A stretch of DNA of 64,000 nt, from contig CBDDCK010000001.1 of assembly GCA_965225855.1 (NCBI GenBank), positions 64,001 to 128,000 of the forward strand, written 5' to 3'. Source of the DNA: Spirochaetia bacterium. GTDB taxonomy: Bacteria > Spirochaetota > Spirochaetia > SP-2023. Each line of letters begins with the position of its first letter. Position 1 is the first letter of the stretch. A program made the position numbers and the translations under genes. Under the pieces are notes generated by a model. It saw only the letters and a list, made by a program, of their open reading frames with translations. It did not search any database and was not told where the DNA came from. This document shows positions 49,571 to 59,730 of this stretch, piece by piece.

Positions 49571-49747
49571 TTTTTACAATTCCTTATTTTAAAATAACAG
49601 TTATATTAGCAAATTATGAAAATGCTGGGTAAATTTTATTAAAAAAATCAAATATTTTCAAGAGAGCATGATATTGAGTTAGCAGACAAAATCAATAAAA
49701 AACGGTAGAATCGATTCTACAAAATTTGTACAGAAGGAAATTTTTGA

Positions 49748-50377
49748 ATGAAGATAATGCTTTTAGGTACGCCTGGTTCTGGTAAGGGAACTTTGGCACA
49801 AAGCCTTAGTATCAAAATTGGTATTCCCCATATTTCTACTGGTGATATATTTCGCATTGCTATTCGGAATGAAACGCAGCTAGGGCTGGAAGTGAAAGCG
49901 ATACTAGCTAATGGAGGATTAGTTCCCGATGAATTGACTTGTAATATAGTTTTTGAACGTTTGGCAAATTTGGAGACTCAAGGTTTTATTTTAGATGGTT
50001 TTCCGCGAACAATACCTCAAGCGCAAGCGTTTGATCAAAAAATAGCATTAGATGCCGTTGTTCTTTTGGAATTAGATGAAGCAAGTAATATTAAGCGTTT
50101 GACCGAGCGTATGATTTGTCCCGGTTGTGGGGAAGTTTACCATTTGGAATTTCGTCCGCCCAAAGTAAAAGGTGCCTGCGATAAATGTGATGCGATACCG
50201 GCTCAGCGGCCAGATGACCATATTGATGTGGTATATAAACGCTTGGCAGAATATCATAGCCAAACAGAACCTTTGATCGAACATTATCATGCTAAGCAGA
50301 AAATTACTCGGTTTAATGCCCTGCAAAATCCGGAAGTTTTACTCTGTGAAGTGCAAAGTTTTTTGCAGAAACGATAA
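49748..50377 (+). CDS. adk: Adenylate kinase
   Basis: GTPGSGKGT, HISTGDIFR, LDGFPRT and zinc-lid CPGC...CDKC. Confidence 0.96.
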   Translation: MKIMLLGTPGSGKGTLAQSLSIKIGIPHISTGDIFRIAIRNETQLGLEVKAILANGGLVPDELTCNIVFERLANLETQGFILDGFPRTIPQAQAFDQKIALDAVVLLELDEASNIKRLTERMICPGCGEVYHLEFRPPKVKGACDKCDAIPAQRPDDHIDVVYKRLAEYHSQTEPLIEHYHAKQKITRFNALQNPEVLLCEVQSFLQKR

Positions 50378-50408
50378 ATTTATTAGTTTAAGCCATTAAT
50401 AAATTTAT

Positions 50409-52010
50409 ATGAGGGGAAACTTGTCCAATACGGCTAGTGATAAGCTACTGCGGCAGGATTTACAAACACAACTCAATGCTTGCCTAATTCGCTTGGAACA
50501 TGATATTAGTCAGCGGCTGGGGCAGTGTACTCTACAGAGATTGGAACATAATGGTTTGGATTTGTTGCGTAGTGGCAAAGATCTACTGCTTGAGTTCGTA
50601 AATCAGGTTCATTTAGCCTTTCGCTTTGAAGAAGAAAGTTACTCGCTTGAGTTTCAATGGCAAGCCCATGACTATCGCAATGCTGACCGTCCGAGCTACG
50701 TTCGAGATGGTTATATTTATTTGCACTTATCAGAACGCAATATTCTCCGGCGCTTCCTGCGGCAAAAAACTTGCTATAAAGCTATGTTGGAGTTGTTGGC
50801 AGACCATATTGTCCGCTATATAGAGAAGGTCTATTATCGGATAGAGCAACACTGGCAAGAGTTTCAGAGCCATTTTATGGTGTTGGCAGAGCACTCTGAA
50901 GATATAATAGAGAGCTATGGGCCAGTTGAAGAAGCCTACAATGTTTCTCTTGATACCGGGCGTATAGAAAACCCTTCAATGGTTGAGAGTCCAGAGAATA
51001 CCGCCAGCCAAATTGCCCAGCGGCACCGTCGTATTAAACAGTTGCAGACAATTGCTAGGAACTTCTGGCAGGATAACTTTGCCTACGCTTTGGCTTTATT
51101 GCGCCTCGATTTGCCCAATTGGGAGAATAAGGCGCAAAGGTCAAGATTAGATATCTCAGATAATCAAGGGGCCAAGGAACCGACTATTGTTTTTAAGCCT
51201 TGTTATATAACGCTTTTAAAAGAACTGGAGCTGCGTTGTAATTTAGTCTCACAACGCCAAGATTTGTTTGAGCGTTTGCGCAAGATTTTGGAACAGAGTT
51301 TTCATGATTTTCCGCTGGAGACTGCCCATAATAGCCATAGCGAAGTGCGATATGCTGAATATTTGGGCGAGGATATTCGTCCTGATGAGTGGCTCGAACT
51401 CCATTTGTGGAATGCTACGGATATATGGTTACAGCAGTGGGCTAATTTGAATGAACAATCATTGATTGGTTTATCGCAGCAGGTGCGTGATTTTTTTAGT
51501 CGGGTGGAAAAGATTACTCGTTTCCAGTGGTTTGGCAATGGCGTTGCTATGGCTGTTGGGGGTGTTAGTCGTTTGGTGTCCAGAAGCTTTGCTAAGGCAG
51601 GCAAGAAGCAGAGTTTAGCTGCCATATTCAGTGGAAAAGAGCTAACGGAACAACAAGGTAATATTGCGATTGCCGAGCTGCTACAGCAATCTGTGGATAG
51701 CTTGAACCCGCTCAATCAATTTGGCCCTAATCGGGGCTATGAACTCCGCCTATTATTGGAGTTATTGCACAGGGCTGAACTGGCTTTGCACTATCAACGA
51801 AAGCTTAGTGCAAAGCATTATGCCCTACTCAATCGTTTACCTCGGCTGCGCCGAGAGCTGTTGCGGTTTTGCCAAAAGCCATCTTATAGCCAATCTGGCA
51901 TACAAATCACCGCTTTTTATCGCACTGTCTCCAAACGGAGCGAAACATTCTTGCGTGTAGAGAAGATTTTAAAAGACTTTTGTAGCAATTATAGTTTGCA
52001 GAAACTGTAA
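50409..52010 (+). CDS. Hypothetical protein, predicted helical
   Basis: 533-aa open frame downstream of adk; no motif recognised. Confidence 0.65.
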   Translation: MRGNLSNTASDKLLRQDLQTQLNACLIRLEHDISQRLGQCTLQRLEHNGLDLLRSGKDLLLEFVNQVHLAFRFEEESYSLEFQWQAHDYRNADRPSYVRDGYIYLHLSERNILRRFLRQKTCYKAMLELLADHIVRYIEKVYYRIEQHWQEFQSHFMVLAEHSEDIIESYGPVEEAYNVSLDTGRIENPSMVESPENTASQIAQRHRRIKQLQTIARNFWQDNFAYALALLRLDLPNWENKAQRSRLDISDNQGAKEPTIVFKPCYITLLKELELRCNLVSQRQDLFERLRKILEQSFHDFPLETAHNSHSEVRYAEYLGEDIRPDEWLELHLWNATDIWLQQWANLNEQSLIGLSQQVRDFFSRVEKITRFQWFGNGVAMAVGGVSRLVSRSFAKAGKKQSLAAIFSGKELTEQQGNIAIAELLQQSVDSLNPLNQFGPNRGYELRLLLELLHRAELALHYQRKLSAKHYALLNRLPRLRRELLRFCQKPSYSQSGIQITAFYRTVSKRSETFLRVEKILKDFCSNYSLQKL

Positions 52011-52223
52011 GCTATGGGTATGGAAATATAGGGTTTACAAATTTGAACAAGGTCCAACTTTGTTGTTGCAGCTTTTACACTCATTCTTTAGTCAATCCAG
52101 TAAACTGTGCAGCTTGATCTGTGCTAAGACCAAGCGCCCACCGAACGAATGGGAATCTCCAAACAAAGCCCAACCGAAATAACTATTTGGGATTGATTGC
52201 CTTACCTTACTGACTATTTATTG

Positions 52224-52589
52224 TATGGCTAGCAATCCACTACCCACTTGGTAGTGGATTGCTAGCCATAGTACCCACCAAAAAGGCAAGCAAGGCTTGG
52301 CCAAAGTTTATCTTGTTACAAAAAATTCTTGTTAGTTATTAAGAAATTCTCTTGTTAGGCATTAAGAGACTCTCTTAATGGTTATGGCAACCTTTGGTAA
52401 ATTCTTATTGACATTGGCTTGCTTATTTTTATGGTTTTTAGTGCCTTGCTATGATATAGCTTTCCGCCTTGGATCAAGGCCTTGATCTAAGGCGGAAAGA
52501 TGTATTGCACCAATGCGGAACAATACTTTATACCAAGGCTATAATTGGTAAAAGCAGCCTTGATAAAAAAACTTACCAAGGCTGCTTTT
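52224..52589. repeat. Cluster of long palindromes downstream of lipoprotein copy 2
   Basis: 21-bp perfect arms 52224-52244/52250-52270; loop-less 40-bp palindrome 52460-52499 (one mismatch); 13-bp arms 52550-52562/52577-52589. Confidence 0.9.
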
Positions 52590-52625
52590 GGCCAACCAAG
52601 CATTGCTTACAGCAACAACCAAACC

Positions 52626-54317
52626 TTACTTAAAATTAAAAACTTGAATAGCATTGTTTAGGTCTTCTGCGCTACCACCTGCAAAGCCTGCTGCTGCTTC
52701 CAGGTTGTATGCACCATTATTATCACTTTTACCCCCCTTAACCAGTCCCTTAACCAGTATAGCATTGGCTTTGGCTTTTAAATTACCACTTAAAGTAATT
52801 GTTAAGCCTGTTGCACTTGCGTAAGAACCTGTGGCTCTGTTTGCACCTACAGTTGAGTGCCGTGGTAATGTGAATCTATTACTACTACCATCACCGGATA
52901 CAAGCGTCAATTTGCTAAAGTCCCATCCTGCAACTGCTCTCGGTAACTTGACACCTACAATCAATAACTGGCCACTACTAGCAAAGTAGTTTACGGCGGT
53001 GATGCTGGCTACATACCCCCTAACGGTAATCGGGTTATTGCTTGTGTCTTCTGCGCTACCACCTGCAAAGCCTGCTGCTGCTTCCAGGTTATATGCACCA
53101 TTAGCATCACGAACACCACCCTTAACCAGTATCTTCTCGGCTTCCGCTTTTACACTACCGCTTAAAATCATCCTTAAGTAGATTGTACCTGCACGAGAAC
53201 CTGTGGCTGTGTTTTCACCTGCAGTTGAGTGCCGGGGTAATGTGTATCTCTTACTACCATCACCGGATACAAGCGTCAATTTGCTAAAGTCCCATCCTGC
53301 AACTGCTCTCGGTAACTTGATACCACTAATATATAACTGGCCTGTATTAGCATAGTAGGTTGCACTGGTAATTGTGGGTGCGGGGTTTCCACTAACGGCC
53401 AAGGCTTTGGCTGTATCTAAACCCGCCCAAGTACCAGTGCTAGTAAGCAACCCATCTTTTAGACCATTGCTATCCATACCTGTCTTGCCATTCAGAGTAG
53501 CTTTATGTTGATCGGTAAGGTAAAGCCAAAGCGCTGTGCCATCGCTTTTCATGCGGTACTTACCTTTTACAAGACCGCTACTATCTGCCCCAGTGGCTGT
53601 GCCATCTGCAGTATAAGAATTTAAGGCTAAGCCATCTACCGTGATAGTTTGGATTTGGGCTTGGGTCGCAGTTGTAGCACTTAAGTGAGTACCTTGTAAA
53701 GTTAGCAGAGCCGTGCCAACATGGTAGCTTGCACCGGTAATTGCGGCTTTAGGCGACTGCTCTTCAGCTTGTTCGGCTTGCTTAGGCAACTGCTTATCTT
53801 CAGTTTCGGTCTTAGACTGCTGATCTTCGGCTTGCTTAGGCAACTGCTTATCGGGTACATTACTAACGTCCAAGTCTTTAGGTGTATTTAAACCCGCCCA
53901 AGTACCAGTGCTAGTAAGCAACCCTTTTTTTAGACCATCGTTATTCATACCGGGCTTGCCATTCAGAGTAGCTTTATGTTGATCGGTAAGTTTCAGCCAA
54001 AGCGCTGTGCCATCGCTATGCAGGCGGTACTTACCTTTTGCAAGACCGCTACTATTTACCCCAGTGGGTTTGGCATCTGCAGAATAGGAACTGAAGTCTA
54101 CGCCATATACTTTGATGGTTTGGATTTGCGCTTCTGTAGGACTTAAGTCAGTACCTTGTACGGTTAACAGAGCCGTAGCAAAGTCGTAGATGGCCTTATT
54201 AATAGTCGGCCCAGACGGCCCAGAAGATCGATCATCGTCATCGGGTGGGGCGCAGGCCAAGGCCATAAAGGCCAGTAGCAATGCTAATGGCAATAAAAAT
54301 AGTTTGAGCTTATACAT
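52626..54317 (-). CDS. Modular repeat surface lipoprotein, copy 2 (domain A, linker, domain A, two B domains)
   Basis: ATG 54317 after GGAGG; lipobox FMALAC; long near-identical DNA blocks shared with 10939-12759. Confidence 0.85.
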   Translation of the reverse strand: MYKLKLFLLPLALLLAFMALACAPPDDDDRSSGPSGPTINKAIYDFATALLTVQGTDLSPTEAQIQTIKVYGVDFSSYSADAKPTGVNSSGLAKGKYRLHSDGTALWLKLTDQHKATLNGKPGMNNDGLKKGLLTSTGTWAGLNTPKDLDVSNVPDKQLPKQAEDQQSKTETEDKQLPKQAEQAEEQSPKAAITGASYHVGTALLTLQGTHLSATTATQAQIQTITVDGLALNSYTADGTATGADSSGLVKGKYRMKSDGTALWLYLTDQHKATLNGKTGMDSNGLKDGLLTSTGTWAGLDTAKALAVSGNPAPTITSATYYANTGQLYISGIKLPRAVAGWDFSKLTLVSGDGSKRYTLPRHSTAGENTATGSRAGTIYLRMILSGSVKAEAEKILVKGGVRDANGAYNLEAAAGFAGGSAEDTSNNPITVRGYVASITAVNYFASSGQLLIVGVKLPRAVAGWDFSKLTLVSGDGSSNRFTLPRHSTVGANRATGSYASATGLTITLSGNLKAKANAILVKGLVKGGKSDNNGAYNLEAAAGFAGGSAEDLNNAIQVFNFK

Positions 54318-54410
54318 AAGCAATACCTCCAAAAATGGGTAAAGATTAACCAACCCATACGGGCTAGTGTACAGCGCCCCATTTTGCTAGGGGGGTGTTG
54401 CGTCAAGGCC
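54318..54410 (-). promoter_or_regulatory. Conserved leader/promoter of lipoprotein copy 2
   Basis: Reverse complement of 10845-10938 with a C6 rather than C7 tract (G at 54390-54395). Confidence 0.7.
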
Positions 54411-54656
54411 CATATAAGATTTTTGTAAGTTTTTTTACAAGTTTTTTTGTGTTAGGGTACTTTTTTTGTATTAGTGTTGTTTTTTAGTGTTGGTTGGGGG
54501 TTCAAAATCCATGCCAATCCATTTGCATTCCATATTATCGGAATCTATGAACCATCAAAGCAACCAATCCATAGTTATAGACGCAACAAGTCGATAATTA
54601 TGGACCGACCTAGTCCATAATTGTTACTTTTCAAAAGTACATAATTAGGGCATGGT

Positions 54657-55085
54657 TTGGTTTTTATTGTGAAGGTTTGGGGGGTGGATTATCAAGCCCC
54701 GCATTTAAGCATAAAGCCCATGGGGGATACAGGTGCTTTGCCTAATTTAATAGCAGGAAATACGAAAGACATACATATTTTATTTTATGATATTTCAGAA
54801 GATGGTTACGATGGCAATAAAGAAAGGGTTGTTGGTTATTTTAATTCTAGCGATAATAAGATAAAAGCTGGTAATAGTAATCAAAAGTTAGTTTTAAATC
54901 TTGACTTACTGTATTATTCTAATATTAAAAATAAAGAGTTTTTTTACTCTGTAGTTATTCACGAGCTACAGCATATGATCGAGTTTTATCGAAAGACATT
55001 GCTTAAAGTTAAAGATGCCAACAAGAAAACTGAATATTGATTAAATTAAATGATTTCTCAGATGGCTGTTGATTTAGTTTGTTAT
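54657..55085 (+). pseudogene. Peptidase M30-like (hyicolysin-type) metalloprotease fragment
   Basis: IHILFYDI, VVGYF, SNQK and IHELQHMI, then EY*LN*MISQMAVDL, matching WLNE..S.MAED with two nonsense codons; both ends missing. Confidence 0.7.
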
Positions 55086-55134
55086 TAGTTGTATGATGAT
55101 GCTCTTAGTTGTTATAATTCTATTAGTACCTTTG

Positions 55135-55381
55135 GTGAATTTTTATTTTTTATTGGTTCTGTTTATATTTTTTATTGGTTTTGAGCTGTACTTCATATAT
55201 TACAGTAACTGGCAAAGTTGGTATTCGAGGGAATGAACCTTTTGCTTATCTAAGCATTGCCAGTGAAGAATCTGAATATGAAATAAAAGGGTCATTAGCC
55301 ACCAAAATTGAAAATAATTTACAAGGCCAAACTATAACTGTAAAAATAAATAAAAGAATTTATATTTCATTGATTCAATAA
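55135..55381 (+). CDS. Small putative lipoprotein, possibly frameshifted in its signal peptide
   Basis: LVLSC lipobox then VTGKVGIRGNEPFAYL; a GTG at 55135 would give a full signal peptide if the T-run at 55168-55173 were one base shorter. Confidence 0.45.
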
Positions 55382-55404
55382 ACTTATATCTATGAGATTG
55401 CGCC

Positions 55405-56518
55405 ATGCTTAATGAATGGAAAACACCAATAAAAAAATTATCTGCCAGAATCTTTGATACTTGGAGGCGACTTTGACCCGGTAAAAATTGAGAATCAAAT
55501 TACAGAATTAGAAACGATTACCAACGATCCTAATTTTTGGAATCAGCCAAGTCAGGCTGAAAATATCTTTAGTAAGTTGAAAAATCTGCGTGAACGTTAC
55601 CAAAGCTGGCAAAATTTAATTTCCCAAACAGAAGATTTAAATATTCTGTTAGATATGGCAATAGAAGAAAATGATGAATCCCAAGAAGCGGAAATTAAAA
55701 ATATATTTTCTGAATTAGAAGAACGCTATGATATTCTTTCTACTGTAGTGTTAATGGGTGAAGAAGGGGATATTCTTGCAGCCTTTTTAACTATTCATTC
55801 TGGTGCTGGTGGTACGGAAGCTTGCGATTGGGCTTCCATGCTCTACCGTATGTATAGCCGTTGGGTTGAACAACATGGCTTCAAGTTGAGCTTGATTGAT
55901 CACCAAGTAGCTGAAGGTGGCATTAAATCTATAACAGTTCAAATTGACGGAGAATATGTGGCAGGAATGCTCAAAAGTGAAAATGGAATTCATCGTCTTG
56001 TACGAATTTCGCCCTTTGATTCTAACGCTCGCCGCCATACTTCTTTTGCATCGGTTTACGTTTCTCCCGTGCTCGATGATTCGATTGATATTGAAATTGC
56101 AGCAGAAGATTTGCGTATTGATACCTACCGTGCTGGTGGTGCGGGTGGCCAGCATGTAAACAAAACCGATAGTGCAGTACGCATTACTCATTTCCCTTCA
56201 AGAATTGTCGTGCAATGTCAAAATGAACGTAGTCAACATAAAAATAAAGATATGGCTATGAAAATGCTGCGTTCGCGCGTTTACGAATATCGCCGTTTAC
56301 AGCAAGAAGAAGAACGCCAAAAAAATGCTGCAGAAAAAAAGGATATTGGCTGGGGCTCGCAAATTCGCAGTTATGTTTTTCAACCATATACCATGGTCAA
56401 AGATTTGCGTACTCGCTATGAAACCGGCAACATTCAAGCGGTTATGGACGGGGCCATTGATCCTTTTATCCAGTCTTACTTGCGTTGGGTTGCCGAGCAG
56501 TTTCATTCAAATACATGA
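55405..56518 (+). CDS. prfB: Peptide chain release factor 2 with programmed +1 frameshift
   Basis: ATG 55405, 23 codons to CTT TGA C (55471-55477); SPF and GGQ motifs (RISPFD, GAGGQHVN). Confidence 0.97.
55463..55477 (+). promoter_or_regulatory. prfB +1 ribosomal frameshift signal
   Basis: GGAGG-CGA-CTT-TGA-C: internal Shine-Dalgarno 3 nt before the slippery CTT TGA C. Confidence 0.95.
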
Positions 56519-58062
56519 ACCAAAACTTTTCTATTTTTTTATTGCAGGTTTTATTGGTTATAAACTTAATCATGATGCCTGCAGCTCTCATCGCTCAAAG
56601 TAAAGATACCGAATTACCCAATATCAATATTGGTAAAACCAAATGGAAAGTTTTATTCCAAAGCTTTGCCAATGAATTAAAAGGCCCTTACAGTAACCAA
56701 ATTGCAAAGATTATGCCCTTTTTAGCGAAATCTTTGGCTAAGTTCGATCGGCATGTTTTAGCAGAAAATACCAAAAACAATCTACGGGAACATGCCATTC
56801 AAAAAGAGCTATATCAACATTATGAAGCTTATAATAACTTGATTGATAAGCGCGATCGTCAAGTGATTAATGCTACACTAAAAAGCCGTTCCCGCTTTCA
56901 TCAAATTACTGCTGAAGGAAATGATGAGAGGGAAATCAACAAAAAAAGCCGTTTAATAAAACGTATCCAGAATATAAAAAGGAACTCAATAGCTGTTCCC
57001 AACTCTTTACCATTAGAATTTGTGGATAAAAGTACCCAGCCTTACGAAGCACCCGGCATTGTTCTGCTGAAAGAAGATTTTGATATGATACTCTGGGGTG
57101 AATCTCGCGGTAGTAATAATGTTTTTGAAGTAAAGATTTGGGCTTATATTGCCAACTCTAAAAGTAAAAAACTCCTCTGGAAAGGAATTATTGGGGCAAG
57201 TAACTATCAACAATCCTTAGAGATGATTCGAGCCAGAGCATCATCACTATTATTAGGACGACTTTGGGCAGCATTAAAAATTGATATAGACACCAGTAAT
57301 AATTCCGATGCCAAAATTTACTTAGATGGAAAGCTGGAAGGTGAAAATAGTTTAGTGGTTTATGGTTTGCAGCCAAAACAAACATATGAATTAGAAATCA
57401 TTGCCAACGGTTTACAGGGAAAGCATTTGTTTTTGGAATTGGAGCCGGGTAAGTTAAACCATTTTCAATTTAAGCTAGATATTGAAGTCCCAGAACAATA
57501 TATCCATGTTGATGCTTCGAGCTCTGCAGACGTCTACTTAGGAGTACGCTACTTGGGAATTACACCATTAAAGGTGCGTGTACCGGCTTATGAAACCTTG
57601 TTGATTCTAGTTGCCGAAGGAAAAAGCACTATTAATTACAATTTGAATAAGCAACAAACCGATGATTTATTTTTTGAAATGGAAGTAGCACCTAAATTGA
57701 CCTTGCAACAACAACATAGGAAATTAAGGACTCGCTTTTATTGGTCCAGTGCCTTATTTACATTATCTTTGGCTGTGCCATTAATTGCATCGGGTATTGG
57801 TTATGTAAACTATGGTCTATATATAAATAACAAAAACAATATTGATAGCATTGATTACCAACAAGCTATGTATATTGCTAGTGGCATAGCTATAGCCGGT
57901 GGAGTTCTTAGTGGCATATTATTAGGCTTAAATATCGCAGACTTCATACGCTATACAAAAGCTTCCAAAGCCTTAGCTACCACAGAATTTACCCCGCGCA
58001 AAGTTTTACCAGAGGAAGCCAAAGTAAAAAAAGAAAAAACAAAATATTATAGAAAAAACTGA
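56515..58062 (+). CDS. PEGA-domain-like membrane protein
   Basis: Signal peptide; DAKIYLDGK and ADVYLGVRYLGITPL PEGA-like motifs; two C-terminal TM helices; ATGA overlap with prfB. Confidence 0.7.
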   Translation: MNQNFSIFLLQVLLVINLIMMPAALIAQSKDTELPNINIGKTKWKVLFQSFANELKGPYSNQIAKIMPFLAKSLAKFDRHVLAENTKNNLREHAIQKELYQHYEAYNNLIDKRDRQVINATLKSRSRFHQITAEGNDEREINKKSRLIKRIQNIKRNSIAVPNSLPLEFVDKSTQPYEAPGIVLLKEDFDMILWGESRGSNNVFEVKIWAYIANSKSKKLLWKGIIGASNYQQSLEMIRARASSLLLGRLWAALKIDIDTSNNSDAKIYLDGKLEGENSLVVYGLQPKQTYELEIIANGLQGKHLFLELEPGKLNHFQFKLDIEVPEQYIHVDASSSADVYLGVRYLGITPLKVRVPAYETLLILVAEGKSTINYNLNKQQTDDLFFEMEVAPKLTLQQQHRKLRTRFYWSSALFTLSLAVPLIASGIGYVNYGLYINNKNNIDSIDYQQAMYIASGIAIAGGVLSGILLGLNIADFIRYTKASKALATTEFTPRKVLPEEAKVKKEKTKYYRKN

Positions 58063-58291
58063 TCGAATACAATCTGAACAAGCAGAGATAGATAATACCA
58101 AGTAATTTATTAAATAGTTTTATTCCGTAAATATCATATAAATAAACTGAATATATCTAATAATTGTTATTTCTATTATTTATAATGAATATGATTTATT
58201 ATCAAAATTATATTAAAGTAGTCAAAATATTTTCCAAAAAATATTGAACAATATAGTTGAATACAATACAGAATGTTGGAAATATAATCTT

Positions 58292-59524
58292 ATGAAATAT
58301 ATGAATACATTATATACCAATGATAATTTATTTATATTATATGGAATGAATACTAATTCTGTAGACTTGATTTATCTCGATCCACCATTTAATAGTAAGA
58401 CAATTTATTCTGCACCAATAGGTTCAAAATCTGCTGGAATTAGTTTTAAGGACATGTGGACTTGGGAAGATGTAAATGAATCCTATTTAGATAAATTAGT
58501 AGAACAATATGCTTCATTAGTGCAATATATCCAATCCATACAAATAATTCACTCTAAAGCCATGATGGCCTATATAACTTTTATGACTCAAAGAATTATA
58601 GAATTATATAGGATATTGAAAGATACCGGTAGCATCTATCTACATGTAGACCCTACAGCTAGCCACTATCTAAAAATAGTATTAGACCAAATATTTGGTA
58701 AACATAATTTTCGCAATGAAATAGTTTGGTGTTATCGAGGTGCAAGTTACGCCAAAAAGGACTTTGGCAAACGGCATGACATTATCTATAGATACTCTAA
58801 AAGCAATACTTATATCTTTAATTTAGATTCCGTAAGGGAACCTTATGCCGAGACTACCAAACAAAGGTTTCAACATTATATAGGAAATAAACGAAAAACT
58901 GGTAATTTTGGCATACAAACATTAAATCCATTGGGCAAACAACCCGATGATTGGTGGCCAATACAACCGTTAGCCCCATCATCAAAAGAACGTACCGGCT
59001 ATCCCACCCAAAAACCTTTAGCTTTGCTACATAAAATCATCAAAGCCAGTAGTAATGAAGATGATATTGTGCTGGACCCTTTTTGTGGCTGTGCTACTAC
59101 TTGTGTTGCTGCCGAACAATTACATAGAAAATGGATAGGTATTGATATAGAAGAAAAGGCAACCGATATACTTATCGATCGGCTTAGTGATCAATCAGGG
59201 TTGTTTAAAAATTTCATTCATAGAGTGGATATTCCGAAAAGAACCGACTTACAACAACAAGCCATAACCATAACTATAAAAGAGCAACTTTATAAACAGC
59301 AACACAGTAAGTGCAAAGCTTGTAATACCGAGTTTGAAATAAGAAATTTGGAAGTTGATCATATTATACCCAGAGCCAAAGGTGGCGGTAATTATTACGA
59401 AAACTATCAATTACTTTGTAGTAGCTGTAATGGTATTAAAGGCAATCGGCCTATGGAATACCTACGAATGAAGTTAAAAGCAAAAGAACAAATACTAAGA
59501 AAAACAATTCGATTTGGCGATTGA
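58292..59524 (+). CDS. N4/N6 DNA methyltransferase (beta class) fused to a C-terminal HNH endonuclease
   Basis: IYLDPPF (motif IV) precedes YPTQKP and LDPFCGCATT (motif I); C-terminal CKAC...VDHIIPRAKGG...ENYQLLCSSCNGIKG; start 58292 or 58301. Confidence 0.9.
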   Translation: MKYMNTLYTNDNLFILYGMNTNSVDLIYLDPPFNSKTIYSAPIGSKSAGISFKDMWTWEDVNESYLDKLVEQYASLVQYIQSIQIIHSKAMMAYITFMTQRIIELYRILKDTGSIYLHVDPTASHYLKIVLDQIFGKHNFRNEIVWCYRGASYAKKDFGKRHDIIYRYSKSNTYIFNLDSVREPYAETTKQRFQHYIGNKRKTGNFGIQTLNPLGKQPDDWWPIQPLAPSSKERTGYPTQKPLALLHKIIKASSNEDDIVLDPFCGCATTCVAAEQLHRKWIGIDIEEKATDILIDRLSDQSGLFKNFIHRVDIPKRTDLQQQAITITIKEQLYKQQHSKCKACNTEFEIRNLEVDHIIPRAKGGGNYYENYQLLCSSCNGIKGNRPMEYLRMKLKAKEQILRKTIRFGD

Positions 59525-59730
59525 TACTTTATTATCTAGTACAAAATCTACTGCTCCAAATTTTATTCAATAAGCATAAATAGATAACCCTAACTATAAT
59601 AAATTAAATTACCATTTTATTTATATGATATAAACAAAATGGTAGATACTATAAAAACAAATATGAATATAATAATTTACAATAGACGAATTAAATTCTT
59701 ATAAAAATAAATAAATTGTTTATCTCTAAC

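Noticed and set aside
55038..55049. TGA recoded as Trp (genetic code 4) in the M30 fragment
   Set aside because: A TAA follows two codons later, many intact genes end in TGA, and prfB with its TGA frameshift site is present
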